Shown: piece by piece, positions 41,918-52,378 of the stretch
Numbering within the stretch: the first letter of the stretch is position 1
Layout: every line of letters begins with the position of its first letter
From: an uncultured delta proteobacterium
GTDB taxonomy: Bacteria > Myxococcota > Myxococcia > Myxococcales > Myxococcaceae
Assembly: GCA_963771175.1 (NCBI GenBank)
Contig: CAVYSY010000032.1
Coordinates: 480,001-544,000, forward strand
Direction of reading: 5' to 3'
Length of the DNA: 64,000 bases
Made by a program: the position numbers and the translations under genes
The notes under the pieces: generated by a model
Databases searched by the model: none
What the model was told of the DNA's origin: nothing
The model's input: only the letters and a program-made list of their open reading frames with translations

Positions 41918-42646
41918 TCAGAAGTCCTCGCGAGCCTCGGCCAGGGTGTACTCCTTCCGGGCGCGGACGAGCGGCCCTGTCTTCTCCACCAGCCACGCGG
42001 GCGCGCCCTCCGGCAGGTAGAAGGACTCCTCGAAGGGCGACAGCCCCAGGTGGCGCAGGTACTCCTGGAGCATGTCGAAGGTGAACCGGTCCCTCACCCG
42101 GCGCGACTGGTACTGCTCCGGTTTCTCGAAGGAAAAGGGCTCACCGAACTGGTCGAAGGCCCAGCGGCCTCCGTCGTTGAGTGCGCTCACGGCGCGTATG
42201 CAGTTGAGCCAGGCCGTCTGGTGCGGGCCATACATGGCGAGCGCCACGGCACCATAGCGGCCCTTGTCGTTCCGGATGGTATTGGGCACGGCGACCACAC
42301 GCAGGCACCGGCAGCCCAGCGTCCGAGCCATGTAGCGCATGGGGCCGGCGGCATCGGTCCCCCGCCAGCCGTTCTCGACGTACGCCGTCCAGGGGCCGCG
42401 GGTCGGGATGAAGAGATGCCGCTGCGTTTCGGAATCCGTGAGGGGCAACAGGGCGGAGAGAGCCTGTTCCAGGGAGCCCGTCACCGGGCGAACCTCGACG
42501 GCGACACCATCGGGCGCCAGCAGCCCTGCTTGCCACGCCGCGTAGGCGCGAGCGGCATGCTCCGCATCGGTCTCCAGAAATCCCATCTCCGAAGTGACGG
42601 GCGCCCAGCGGTCGTCCAGGAGCAGTCCCTTCATGTTCTCGGTCAT
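41918..42646 (-). CDS. Candidate immunity protein
   Basis: Intact 242-aa ORF starting 17 bp after the toxin-like gene; no signal peptide; role inferred from position. Confidence 0.65.
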   Translation of the reverse strand: MTENMKGLLLDDRWAPVTSEMGFLETDAEHAARAYAAWQAGLLAPDGVAVEVRPVTGSLEQALSALLPLTDSETQRHLFIPTRGPWTAYVENGWRGTDAAGPMRYMARTLGCRCLRVVAVPNTIRNDKGRYGAVALAMYGPHQTAWLNCIRAVSALNDGGRWAFDQFGEPFSFEKPEQYQSRRVRDRFTFDMLQEYLRHLGLSPFEESFYLPEGAPAWLVEKTGPLVRARKEYTLAEAREDF

Positions 42647-42663
42647 CCGCTGAGCCTCGCCCC

Positions 42664-43938
42664 TCAGGGCACGATGAGGAGGATGGTTTCCGCATCCGGG
42701 TCGTTGGATGTGGTGCGCGACTGGTGGCCGGGACCACGGCCCGACGTGGGCGCGTCATACTCCACCTGATAGCGGCGGCCTTTATAGTCGAACTGCAGGT
42801 CCGGGCGGTTGACCCCGACGCGCTGGCCGTTGCGATACGTGAGTTGCTGCTGGTTCACCCGGATGTTCGTGGCGCCTATGTCATCCAGGTATTGGATGTC
42901 CGCCTGAAGCTGCGCGTTCTGCGTGGGGCTGGAGCCAATGGGACGGCTCACCTCTCGTGCGCCGGGCACCTTCGGCTTGACCGCGATATCCTGAGGCAGG
43001 CGTGGGCCAGGAATCACTGGCCGTGTCGGGTTGTTGCCAGCGAGCGCCTGGACCAATCCTGGCGATGGCGCGGGTGAGGCCGACGCGGGAGCGGGCGCTA
43101 CTGGCGCGGGAGCGGGTTCGAGAGGGGGTGCGGCGGATCGCGACACCGGCCGTCGCGGCGCCGGAGCATTCCCCCCGAGTCCCTCCTCCCGAGAAAACGG
43201 ACGAAGTGCTGGCGCCGAGCCCACCCGCACCACGCGCGAGAAGACTCCCTGCAGGACCTTGGTCCCCGTCAGGGTCAACAACAGGACCTTCAGCTCGCGC
43301 TGGACCGTCTCCGCCAGTTGCGTCCGAACCTCGAGCATCGCCCGGGCAATGCGAGGCGTGGTGGCCGGAGAGAAGAGGGTGGGCACGATGAGCGCGCCTC
43401 CCGCGCCCCTGTAATAGGCATACCTCGAGGGGCTCGACCCGGGGACATTGGCCGCCGTGTCCACCAGGGCCGTATCCCGGTCCGGGTAGATGGATGCACT
43501 CAGCGGTTCCGCGCTCTCGAGTCCCAGGTCCACATGAGACTCCGGGACAAGCACGGGCTGCGGCAGCCCCTCACAGTAGAGAAGATACCCTCCTGCGGTG
43601 AGGACAAAGCCCACGGCGGTCACACGGACATCGACGAAGTCCCGATGCGCTCGGGGGTCAGCCAGCCCTTGAGAGGCCCGAGGCAACTGGACGCCGCTCT
43701 GGCGCAGTTCCGCTGCCCGCCGTGGCGTGGGGGCCTCGAAATCGACGTCGACGGCCTGCTGCCCGAAACCTGCCGTATCCCGGTAGTGCTGAGCCGCGAC
43801 AGGGCTGTTCTGCGCGTACCACGCAGGCCCCACCAGGTCGGGCTTCGCTGCACATCCCGCGAGAAACAACAGGAGCGCAAGCCCACTCAACCCACGGAGC
43901 CACCACCCCCTGGAATGGCAATACGTCACGAGGCGCAT
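42664..43938 (-). CDS. Lipoprotein polymorphic toxin with C-terminal restriction-endonuclease-like domain (SitA-like)
   Basis: Lipobox LAGC; Pro/Ala linker; C-terminal NRPDLQFDYKGRRYQVEYD (PD...ExD variant). Confidence 0.7.
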   Translation of the reverse strand: MRLVTYCHSRGWWLRGLSGLALLLFLAGCAAKPDLVGPAWYAQNSPVAAQHYRDTAGFGQQAVDVDFEAPTPRRAAELRQSGVQLPRASQGLADPRAHRDFVDVRVTAVGFVLTAGGYLLYCEGLPQPVLVPESHVDLGLESAEPLSASIYPDRDTALVDTAANVPGSSPSRYAYYRGAGGALIVPTLFSPATTPRIARAMLEVRTQLAETVQRELKVLLLTLTGTKVLQGVFSRVVRVGSAPALRPFSREEGLGGNAPAPRRPVSRSAAPPLEPAPAPVAPAPASASPAPSPGLVQALAGNNPTRPVIPGPRLPQDIAVKPKVPGAREVSRPIGSSPTQNAQLQADIQYLDDIGATNIRVNQQQLTYRNGQRVGVNRPDLQFDYKGRRYQVEYDAPTSGRGPGHQSRTTSNDPDAETILLIVP

Positions 43939-44187
43939 GAATCCCTTCCCGTTCGAGGCGAGTGCTCAGGGTCCACGGGGAGCCCTACGAAGCAACGATG
44001 CAGAACCCACGTGGAACCCTGAAGGACGCGAGAGGTAGATGGCAGCGGGCTCGCCCGGCACCGATGACGCAGCGCACCACCCACATGACACGGGACCAGA
44101 GAAGCGCGCCCTGGATTCATCAAGCCATCGTCGAATTCGTCAAAGATGACGCTTGCGCTGGGCCGTCTTGCTGGTTACCTAGGGTCC

Positions 44188-47100
44188 ATGCCCACGCCCC
44201 CCAGACTCTTCGGCGAAGCCCTCCGCGCAGCTGCGGCTCCCTGGCGCGAGGAGCTCGGCAAATCCGACCGGGACCGGCTCGATGCCTTGCTCGGCCTCGC
44301 CGTCAGGGAGCACATCCCTCTGTCCGACTGTCTCGCGGCGCTCTTCCCGGGCACGGAGACACGGAAGGCCCAGACCGCCCTGACCTCCTTCCGCAAGCGG
44401 CTCAACGATGCCGCGAAGGGAGAGGGCCGCGCCGACCTCGGTCTTCGCTTCCAGGTGGACACCAAGAAGCAGAACCCCCCCACCGAACGCCTCTGCTGGT
44501 TCACCGGACCCGATCCCGCCGTGATGAAGGCGGAGCAGGTCTCCGACCAGCTCACAGCCGATGTCCAAGGCATGCCCTTCGTCCCGTCCCGAGGGATCAC
44601 CACCACCGGGAATGCGATGGCCTCGGGAAAGCGGGTCATCCGCTTCTTCGTCTCCTACGCCCACGACAACAGGCAGCTCGCCGAGGCGCTCGTGAAGGAC
44701 CTGGGCACCCATTTCGCCGCATCCGCCCGCTACGCGCTCATCCCCTGGATGGACCGTGACATCCTGGTGGGTGAGCGCTGGAAGGAGAGCATCGAAGAGG
44801 CCATCAAGGACTGCGACTTCGGCCTCATGCTGCTCAGCCCGGCCTTCTTCGCGAGCAGATTCATCAAGGCGCACGAGCTGCCCCGGTTCGTGGGCGCTCC
44901 GGACAATCCCAGACTCAAGCCCGTCCTGCCCGTGGGATTGGTGCCGATCACGTTCGGCAGGCACGATCTCCAGGGGCTTGAAGAGCACCAGATCTTCCGA
45001 TTCCAAAACGAGCGGCTCGAGGGGCGCTACTACGATCAGATGCCGGCTGGCGCCCGGAGGCGCGAGTTCGTCCGCCAGCTCCACCTCGCCATCGAGAAGC
45101 GCCTCGACGCTTTTTTTTTGACTCCCCCTCCCGGCACGCCCCCCTCCCCTCCCAGGCCCGAGGCACGCACTCCTGACCTCCTCGCCGACCATGTCCCGGT
45201 TCCGGAGGAGACCCCCAACCACCAGCGCAACAAGGGCCTCCCGCTCGCCCTGGTGGACCTGGAGCGGCTCGACACCGGAGGACTCGACCTCGCGGAGCAC
45301 GTCCAGGCGCGCGACGCGCTCGACGAGCTCGAGTCCTGGGCCACCAACTCCGCCGCTCCGCCATTCTTCGCGCTGCTCGGGGAATATGGCATTGGCAAGA
45401 CCACCACCCTGAAGCAGCTCACCCGTCACCTGCTGGAGGAACGCAAGTCCAGACCGGAGCTGCCGCTCCCCATCTACGTGGACCTCCGCGCCTACGTCGG
45501 CGAGACCCGGGACAGCGTTCCCACCATCGAGCAGCTCCTCGCCCGTGTGATGGAGCGGAGCTGGAAGCTGCGGGACCGCAACATCACCCCCCAGGACGTT
45601 CTGCGCCTCGTCCGGGAGGAGGGCGCGCTCATCCTCTTCGATGGTCTGGACGAGAAGATCGTCCACCTCCAGCCCGACCGCGCCCGTGACTTCATCCGCA
45701 CGCTCTGGGCCGTCCTCCCTGATGCCGCACGAAGCGAGGACCCCCTGCCGCCCGGGAAGCGCCGGGGCAAGTTCCTCATCTCCTGCCGCTCTCATTACTT
45801 CCGCGACGTGTTGAGTCAGAACTCGATGCTCGTCGGCGAGGATCGCGAGGGCTTCGAGCGCAACCAGTTTCCCGCCCTCTGCCTCCTGCCATTCACCGAG
45901 GAGCAGATCCGGAGCTATCTGACTTCGCTCCTCGGAGACGCGGAGCGTGGGGCGGAGGCGTTCGAAGTCATTGCCTCCATCCACAATCTCCGGGAGCTCG
46001 CGCAACGGCCCTACCTGCTCACCCTCATCAGCGGCCGCCTCGGAGAGCTGGAGACGCTCCAGGCCCAGGGCGAACAGGTGAATGCCGCGCGGCTGTACGA
46101 ACTCGTCGTCCGCTCCTGGCTCAACCGCGACGACGGGAAGCACCAGCTCGACCCCGTGCACAAGAGCCGCATCATGGAGGACCTCGCCGCCGCGCTCTGG
46201 CGTGACGGCAGCAAGCAGTGGGACGTGGAGCGCCTCGAGGCATGGTTCGACGAGTATCTCGCCGGGAACCCCGCGCTCGCCGCGGCCTACGCGAACAAGG
46301 ACCGCGCCGTCCTCAAGGAGGATCTCCGCACCGCCACCTTCGTGCTGCGGCCCACCACGGAGGAGAAGCACTTCCGCTTCGCCCATACCTCCCTGCAGGA
46401 ATACTTCCTCGCCGCCCACCTCAAGCGCGCGCTGGTCGAGGGACAGGTGGCGCGCTGGGACCTGCCGAGGGTCTCCCGGGAGACGCTGGACTTCCTCGGG
46501 CAGCTCCTGGCCCTCGAGCCCCGGCCCGAGGCCCTGCGCTCGCTGGAGGCCATTCTGGGCGGCGAGTGCCTCGCCGCGGCCGTGCTCGCGTTCGCCTACT
46601 GGCTGCGCGCCCTCGAGCAGGGGCACCCGGTGCCCGCCCCGCAAGCGAGTGAAGCTCGCCGGGGCGGACCTGGAAGAATGGCACCTGCGCGGCCGCGGCC
46701 CCGCGCAGCCGCTGAACCTGCGCGGGGCCGACCTTTCCGGCGTGCGAGCTCAATCGCGCCGGGTCGAGCACGTGAACCTCGCCGATGCCGATCTCACCGC
46801 GCTACAGGCGAGGCAGGCGCTGTTCTTGAAGGTGAGCGCGCCGCGAGCGCGAGCACGGAATGCCGATTTCCGCGGGCTGCGGTGGCGGGAGGGCTCGCTG
46901 TTGGGCGCGGAGCTCCGCGGAGCACAGCTCGCGGGTTGTCAGTTCATCCGGGTGGACCTCGCCGGGGCGAGCCTGCCGGAGGGATGGGAGCGCCACGCCA
47001 CCGTCGTGGAGGAACGCCGAAGCGCTCCCCCTCCTCGAATGGGTACGCCGTCCCTGGCGGTGCTCCTCGGTCACGCCAACTACGGTGAGGGCGTGCGCGT

Positions 47101-49014
47101 GGAGTCCAGACGGCCAGCGCCTCCTGTCTGGCTCTTCCGACAAGTCCCTGCGGGTGTGGGACGCCGCGTCCGGCGACTGCCTTCTCACCCTCTCCGGCCA
47201 TGCCTCCCCGGTGACGGCGTGCGCGTGGAGTCCGGACGGCCAGCGCCTCCTGTCTGGCTCTGACGACCACTCCCTGAGGGTGTGGGACGCCACGTCCGGC
47301 GACTGCCTTCTCACCCTCTCCGGCCATGCCTCCTCGGTGAATGCGTGCGCGTGGAGTCCGGACGGCCAGCGCCTCCTGTCGGGCTCTTCCGACCACTCCC
47401 TGCAGGGTGTGGGACGCCACGTCCGGCGACATGCCTTCTCACCCTCTCCGGCCATGCCTCCTCGGTGAGGGCGTGCGCGTGGAGTCCGGACGGCCAGCGC
47501 CTCCTGTCGGGCTCTTCCGACAACTCCCTGCGGGTGTGGGACGCCGCGTCCGGCGACTGCCTTCTCACCCTCTCCGGCCATGCCTCCTCGGTGACGGCGT
47601 GCGCGTGGAGTCCGGACGGCCAGCGCCTCCTGTCGGGCTCTTCCGACAACTCCCTGAGGGTGTGGGACGCCGCGTCCGGCGACTGCCTTCTCACCCTCTC
47701 CGGCCATGCCTCCTCGGTGTTGGCGTGCGCGTGGAGTCCGGACGGCCGGCGCCTCCTGTCGGGCTCTTTCGACCACTCCCTGAAGGTGTGGGACGCCACG
47801 TCCGGCGACTGCCTGCTCACCCTCTCGGGCCATGCCTCCCATGCCTCCCCGGTGACGGCGTGCGCGTGGAGTCCGGACGGCCGGCGCCTCCTGTCGGGCT
47901 CTTTCGACAACTCCCTGAGGGTGTGGGACGCCGCGTCCGGCGACTGCCTTCTCACCCTCTCCGGCCATGCCTCCCATGCCCCCCGGTGACGGCATGCGCG
48001 TGGAGTCCGGACGGCCAGCGCCTCCTGTCTGGCTCTGACGACAGCTCCCTGAGGGTGTGGGACGCCGCGTCCGGCGACTGCCTTCTCACCCTCTCCGGCC
48101 ATGCCTCCTCGGTATTGGCGTGCGCGTGGAGTCCGGACGGCCAGCGCCTCCTGTCTGGCTCTGCCGACAGCTCCCTGAGGGTGTGGGACGCCACGTCCGG
48201 CGACTGCCTTCTCACCCTCTCCGGCCATGCCTCCTGGGTGAATGCGTGCGCGTGGAGTCCGGACGGCCAGCGCCTCCTGTCTGGCTCTGACGACAGCTCC
48301 CTGCAGGTGTGGGACGCCGCGTCCGGCGACTGCCTTCTCACCCTCTCCGGCCATGCCGATTCGGTGTGGGCGTGCGCATGGAGTCCGGACGGCCAGCGCC
48401 TCCTGTCTGGCTCTTCCGACCACTCCCTGCGGGTGTGGGACGCCGCGTCCGGCGACTGCCTTCTCACCCTCTCCGGCCATGCCTCCCCGGTGACGGCATG
48501 CGCGTGGAGTCCGGACAGCCAGCGCCTCCTGTCTGGCTCTGACGACAGCTCCCTGCGGGTGTGGGACGCCGCGTCCGGCGACTGCCTTCTCACCCTCTCC
48601 GGCCATGCCGATTCGGTGTGGGCGTGCGCGTGGAGTCCGGACGGCCGGCGCCTCCTGTCTGGCTCTTCCGACAGCTCCCTGAGGGGGTGGGACGCCACGT
48701 CCGGCGACTGCCTTCTCACCCTCTCCGGCCATGCCTCCTGGGTGAATGCGTGCGCGTGGAGTCCGGACGGCCAGCGCCTCCTGTCTGGCTCTTCCGACCA
48801 CTCCCTGAGGGTGTGGGACGCATCCTCGGGCCAATGCGTCTGGTCCAGCCATCTCTTCCCGGAGGGGCAAATCGCGTCAATCGACGAGGTTCACGGACGC
48901 GTCCTCCATGCATCCCCCGAAGCCTGGCGCTGGCTGGGCTGGCGCTGGAACGACCCCGCCACTGGCCAGCTTCGTATCCTCCCCGCTGAATCCCTTGGCC
49001 CACTCCCCGCTTGA
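44188..49014 (+). CDS. NLR-like STAND protein: possible wHTH, TIR, NACHT, pentapeptide repeats and 14 WD40 repeats; several indels between 46640 and 47980
   Basis: TIR: FFVSYAH, WMDRDILVGERW, LLSPAFFASRFIKAHEL; Walker A GEYGIGKTT; Walker B LILFDGLDE; FRFAHTSLQEYF; pentapeptides LRGADLSG and LADADLT; WD40 repeats. Confidence 0.9.
47085..48830 (+). repeat. 14 tandem ~126-bp WD40-coding repeats, near-identical at DNA level
   Basis: Unit gcgtgcgcgtggagtccggacggccagcgcctcctgtc...tgccttctcaccctctccggccatgcc recurs every ~126 bp; two units carry a 9-bp (HAS) duplication. Confidence 0.95.
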
Positions 49015-49084
49015 TTGGCTGCGCGGTGCCTCGTCCGCCCGGCGGTGACGAATCGAACCACAGGGGTCATCCCGGGTCCGCCGC

Positions 49085-49122
49085 CCCTCACCCCGACCCT
49101 CTCCCGGACGGAGAGGGAGGGG
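49085..49122. repeat. REP-like palindrome (CCCTCACCCCGACCCTCTCC...GGAGAGGGAGGGG)
   Basis: ccctctcc-cggac-ggagaggg stem between convergent genes; resembles a widespread REP-type motif. Confidence 0.6.
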
Positions 49123-49606
49123 TTTGCGGGGTTTTCGCTCTCCTCGCCCGGTGGTAGTGCGCCACGCACAGCTCCTTGGCCAGCACCGGCTTCCCACAGC
49201 CCGGCTCCTTGCAGCGGGGAGCCTCCTCGGGGCGGCGCCTGTCCGGTGGCTCCCGCTGGCCGAACATCGCCTCCGCCACCGCCAGCAGCCGATCCACCTC
49301 GGCCCGTCCCAGCCCGCGCGCGCGCACGAACTCCACCAGCCGGTGCGCCCCCGCCGCCTCGTCCTCCTCCACCCGGAAGAGCTCCGCCAGGGGCACGCCC
49401 AGCGCCGCCGCCACCTGAACGAGCGTCTCGTAGCTGGGGCTGCGCTCGCCCCGCTCCAGCAGCGACGCGAAGCTCACCGAGATGCCACACCGGGCGGCGA
49501 AGTCCTCCTGGGTCAGCCCCCGCCGCTCGCGCAGGGTGCGGATGCGGCGCGCGAGCCCCTGCAGGTGCCCGCTCGCATCCTGGGCTGACGGGGAACTGGA
49601 GCGCAT
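49088..49606 (-). CDS. XRE-family HTH regulator with C-terminal Cys3His zinc-finger-like motif
   Basis: RIRTLRERRGLTQEDFAARCGISVSFASLLERGERSPS; CKEPGC...LCVAHY. Confidence 0.85.
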   Translation of the reverse strand: MRSSSPSAQDASGHLQGLARRIRTLRERRGLTQEDFAARCGISVSFASLLERGERSPSYETLVQVAAALGVPLAELFRVEEDEAAGAHRLVEFVRARGLGRAEVDRLLAVAEAMFGQREPPDRRRPEEAPRCKEPGCGKPVLAKELCVAHYHRARRAKTPQTPPSPSGRGSG

Positions 49607-49697
49607 CGCCAACCCATGTTAGCGCACCCCTTCTGTTAAGGTCTCGCGCCGTCGCAGGTCCCCCGCGCGAGGGACGCCCCAGGAGAGCACCCCGGCC

Positions 49698-50927
49698 ATG
49701 CACGCCGTCGAAGCGATTCACCACTACTTCCGCAAGGCCGCTCGCATCATGGACGTGGGTGAGCGCATCGAGACGCTGCTCGCCACGCCCCTGCGCGAGG
49801 TGAAGGTCCAGGTCTCCATCGAGCTCGACAGCGGGGAGATCCGCACCTTCCACGGCTACCGCATCCAGCACGACAACAGCCGCGGCCCCATGAAGGGCGG
49901 CCTGCGCTACCACCCCACCATCAACCAGGACGAGTGCGTGGCGCTCGCCTCGCTGATGACGTGGAAGACGGCCGTGGTGAACCTCCCCTATGGCGGGGCC
50001 AAGGGCGGCATCGCGGTGGACCCCACCCAGCTCAGCTTCAAGGAGATGGAGCGCCTCACCCGCAAGTACGTGGACCAGATTCAAGACGTCATCGGTCCCA
50101 CCCGGGACATCGCCGCGCCCGACGTCAACACCAACCCCCAGGTGATGGCGTGGATCATGGACCAGTACTCGCGCTACCACGGGCACTCGCCGGCCGTCGT
50201 CACCGGCAAGCCGCCGGAGCTGTACGGCACCAAGGGCCGTGACTCGGCCACCGGGCGCGGGCTGCTCTACATCACCCGCGAAATCCTCCGGGACACGGGC
50301 ATGCCCATGAAGGGCACGCGCTTCGCCATCCAGGGCTTCGGCAACGTGGGCAGCCACACCGCGCAACTGCTGTCGCAGGACGGAGGCGTGGTGGTGGCCG
50401 TCGCGGACGTGTACGGCGGCGTCTACAACCCGCAGGGCCTGGACGTCCCCGGCCTCTTCGAGCACGTAAAGCGCACCGGCACCGTCACCGGCTTCGGCGG
50501 GGGCCAGGCATGCAAGAGCGAGGACGTGCTGGCCGCCGACTGCGACGTGCTCATCCCCGCCGCGCTCGGCCATTCGCTCAACCGCACCACCGCCAACGCG
50601 GTGCGCGCCCGGCTCATCATCGAGGGCGCCAACGGCCCCACCGACCCCGAGGCCGATGAGATTCTCGAGAAGAACGGCGTGCTCGTGGTGCCGGACATCC
50701 TCGCCAACGCGGGCGGTGTGACCGTCAGCTACTACGAGTGGGTGCAGAATCTCCAGCACCTCTCCTGGGAGGAGGACCGGGTGAACGCCGAGCTGGAGAA
50801 GACGATGAAGGAGGCCTACGACCGGGTGGCCCAGGTCGCGCGCTCGCGCAAGGTGACGTTGCGCACCGCGGCATTCATCCTGGCGATCGGCCGCGTGGGC
50901 AAGGCCACGGTGCTGCGCGGCATCTGA
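49698..50927 (+). CDS. gdhA: Glutamate dehydrogenase (Glu/Leu/Phe/Val dehydrogenase family)
   Basis: GPMKGGLRYHP, GGAKGG, APDVNT, IQGFGNVG, EGANGP, NAGGVTVSY. Confidence 0.93.
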   Translation: MHAVEAIHHYFRKAARIMDVGERIETLLATPLREVKVQVSIELDSGEIRTFHGYRIQHDNSRGPMKGGLRYHPTINQDECVALASLMTWKTAVVNLPYGGAKGGIAVDPTQLSFKEMERLTRKYVDQIQDVIGPTRDIAAPDVNTNPQVMAWIMDQYSRYHGHSPAVVTGKPPELYGTKGRDSATGRGLLYITREILRDTGMPMKGTRFAIQGFGNVGSHTAQLLSQDGGVVVAVADVYGGVYNPQGLDVPGLFEHVKRTGTVTGFGGGQACKSEDVLAADCDVLIPAALGHSLNRTTANAVRARLIIEGANGPTDPEADEILEKNGVLVVPDILANAGGVTVSYYEWVQNLQHLSWEEDRVNAELEKTMKEAYDRVAQVARSRKVTLRTAAFILAIGRVGKATVLRGI

Positions 50928-51010
50928 CAGACGAGCAGGCGGGCGTCTCCCCGAGGCTCCCGCCCCTTTCGCCCGGGCAGCGCTTCGGTTATCAGGCCCG
51001 ACACAAGCCC

Positions 51011-52226
51011 ATGGTCACCCTCCAGCAGATCGAAGACGCCCAGCAGCGCATCGGAGAATGCCGTCTACCGCTCTCCCTGCCCGAAGTCGGAGCAGTTCAA
51101 GGAGCTCACGGACTGCTCGGCGCTCTTCTGCAAGCTGGAGAACCTGCAGCGCACGGGTGCCTTCAAGGAGCGCGGCGCCCTCAACAAGCTGCTCACCCTC
51201 ACACCGGAGGAGCGGGCCCGCGGCGTCATCGCCGCCTCGGCGGGCAACCACTCGCAGGGGCTCGCCTACCACGCGGGCCGTTTGAGCGTGAACGCCACCA
51301 TCGTGATGCCGGAGCGCACCCCGCTCATCAAGGCCACGCGCACGCGCGGCTACGGCGCCACGGTGGTGCTGCACGGCACCAACTTCGACGAGGCCTACGC
51401 CGAGGCCCTGCGCATCCAGGATCGCGAGAACCGCGTCTTCGTCCACCCCTTCAATGATCCGCTCGTCATCGCCGGCCAGGGCACCATCGGCCTGGAGCTG
51501 CTCGAGCAGATTCCGTACATGGACATGGTGGTGGTGCCCATCGGCGGCGGCGGGCTCATCTCCGGCGTGGCGTGCGCGCTCAAGGAGACCAACCCGCGCA
51601 TCAAAATCATCGGCGTGCAGGCCGCGGCCATCGCGAGCATGAAGGCCTCGGTGGACGCGGGGAAGCTGGTGGAGCTGCCCGCCGGCACCACCATCGCGGA
51701 CGGCATCGCGGTGAAGCGCCCCGGCGACTACACCTACGAGATGATCCGCCGCTACGTGGACGACATCGTCACGGTGGACGAGGAGGAGATCGCCAACGCC
51801 ATCCTCCTGCTGCTCGAGCGAGAGAAAACGGTGGTGGAGGGCGCGGGAGCGGTGGGCCTGGCGGCGCTCATCCACGGGAAGATTCCCTCGGCGCGCGGCC
51901 GCAAGGTGGTGCTGCTCATCTCGGGCGGCAACATCGACGTCAACCTCGTCAGCCGCATCATCGAGCGCGGCCTGGTGAAGGACGGGCGACTGGTGCGGCT
52001 GAGCGTGCGCATGCCGGACCGGCCGGGGATGCTCGCGCAGCTCACCGCGGAGATTGCCCAGCAGGGCGCCAACGTGGTGGAGATCTACCACAACCGAGCC
52101 TTCTCCAAGGCGGGCCTGGGCGAGGTGGCGGTGGAGGTGACGCTGGAGACGCGCGGGCGCGGCCACATCGTGGACCTGATCGCCAGCCTGTCGCGGAACG
52201 GCTGGCAGGTCGCGGAAGAGACCTGA
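51011..52226 (+). CDS. ilvA: Threonine ammonia-lyase with C-terminal ACT domain; indel near 51058
   Basis: KLENLQRTGAFKERGA, ASAGNH, IAGQGTIGLE, PIGGGGL, SGGNID, ACT domain MPDRPGML. Confidence 0.92.
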
Positions 52227-52378
52227 GGCGCTGGCCCTCACTTCTGGACGTCCAGAAGCAACCCGCACTCGTAGTCGGCTACGAGTGACGCAGCAGTGAA
52301 CCTGCTGGGTTGTCCGATACGGAGGGGTGTCAGTGGGGAGGCTTAGGGTGTCCGAGCAACCCGAGTCTCGGAGGCCCC

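Noticed and set aside
43940..44190. Amyloid signalling motif or small partner gene upstream of the NLR
   Set aside because: No G/N/Q-rich pseudo-repeat motif or convincing ORF is visible, and the effector (TIR) is already fused in cis
47085..48830. 126-bp repeats as a CRISPR array or a DGR template/variable-repeat pair
   Set aside because: The units are contiguous, in-frame WD40 codons with no unique spacers; no cas or reverse transcriptase gene is in the window; the variation is not adenine-specific
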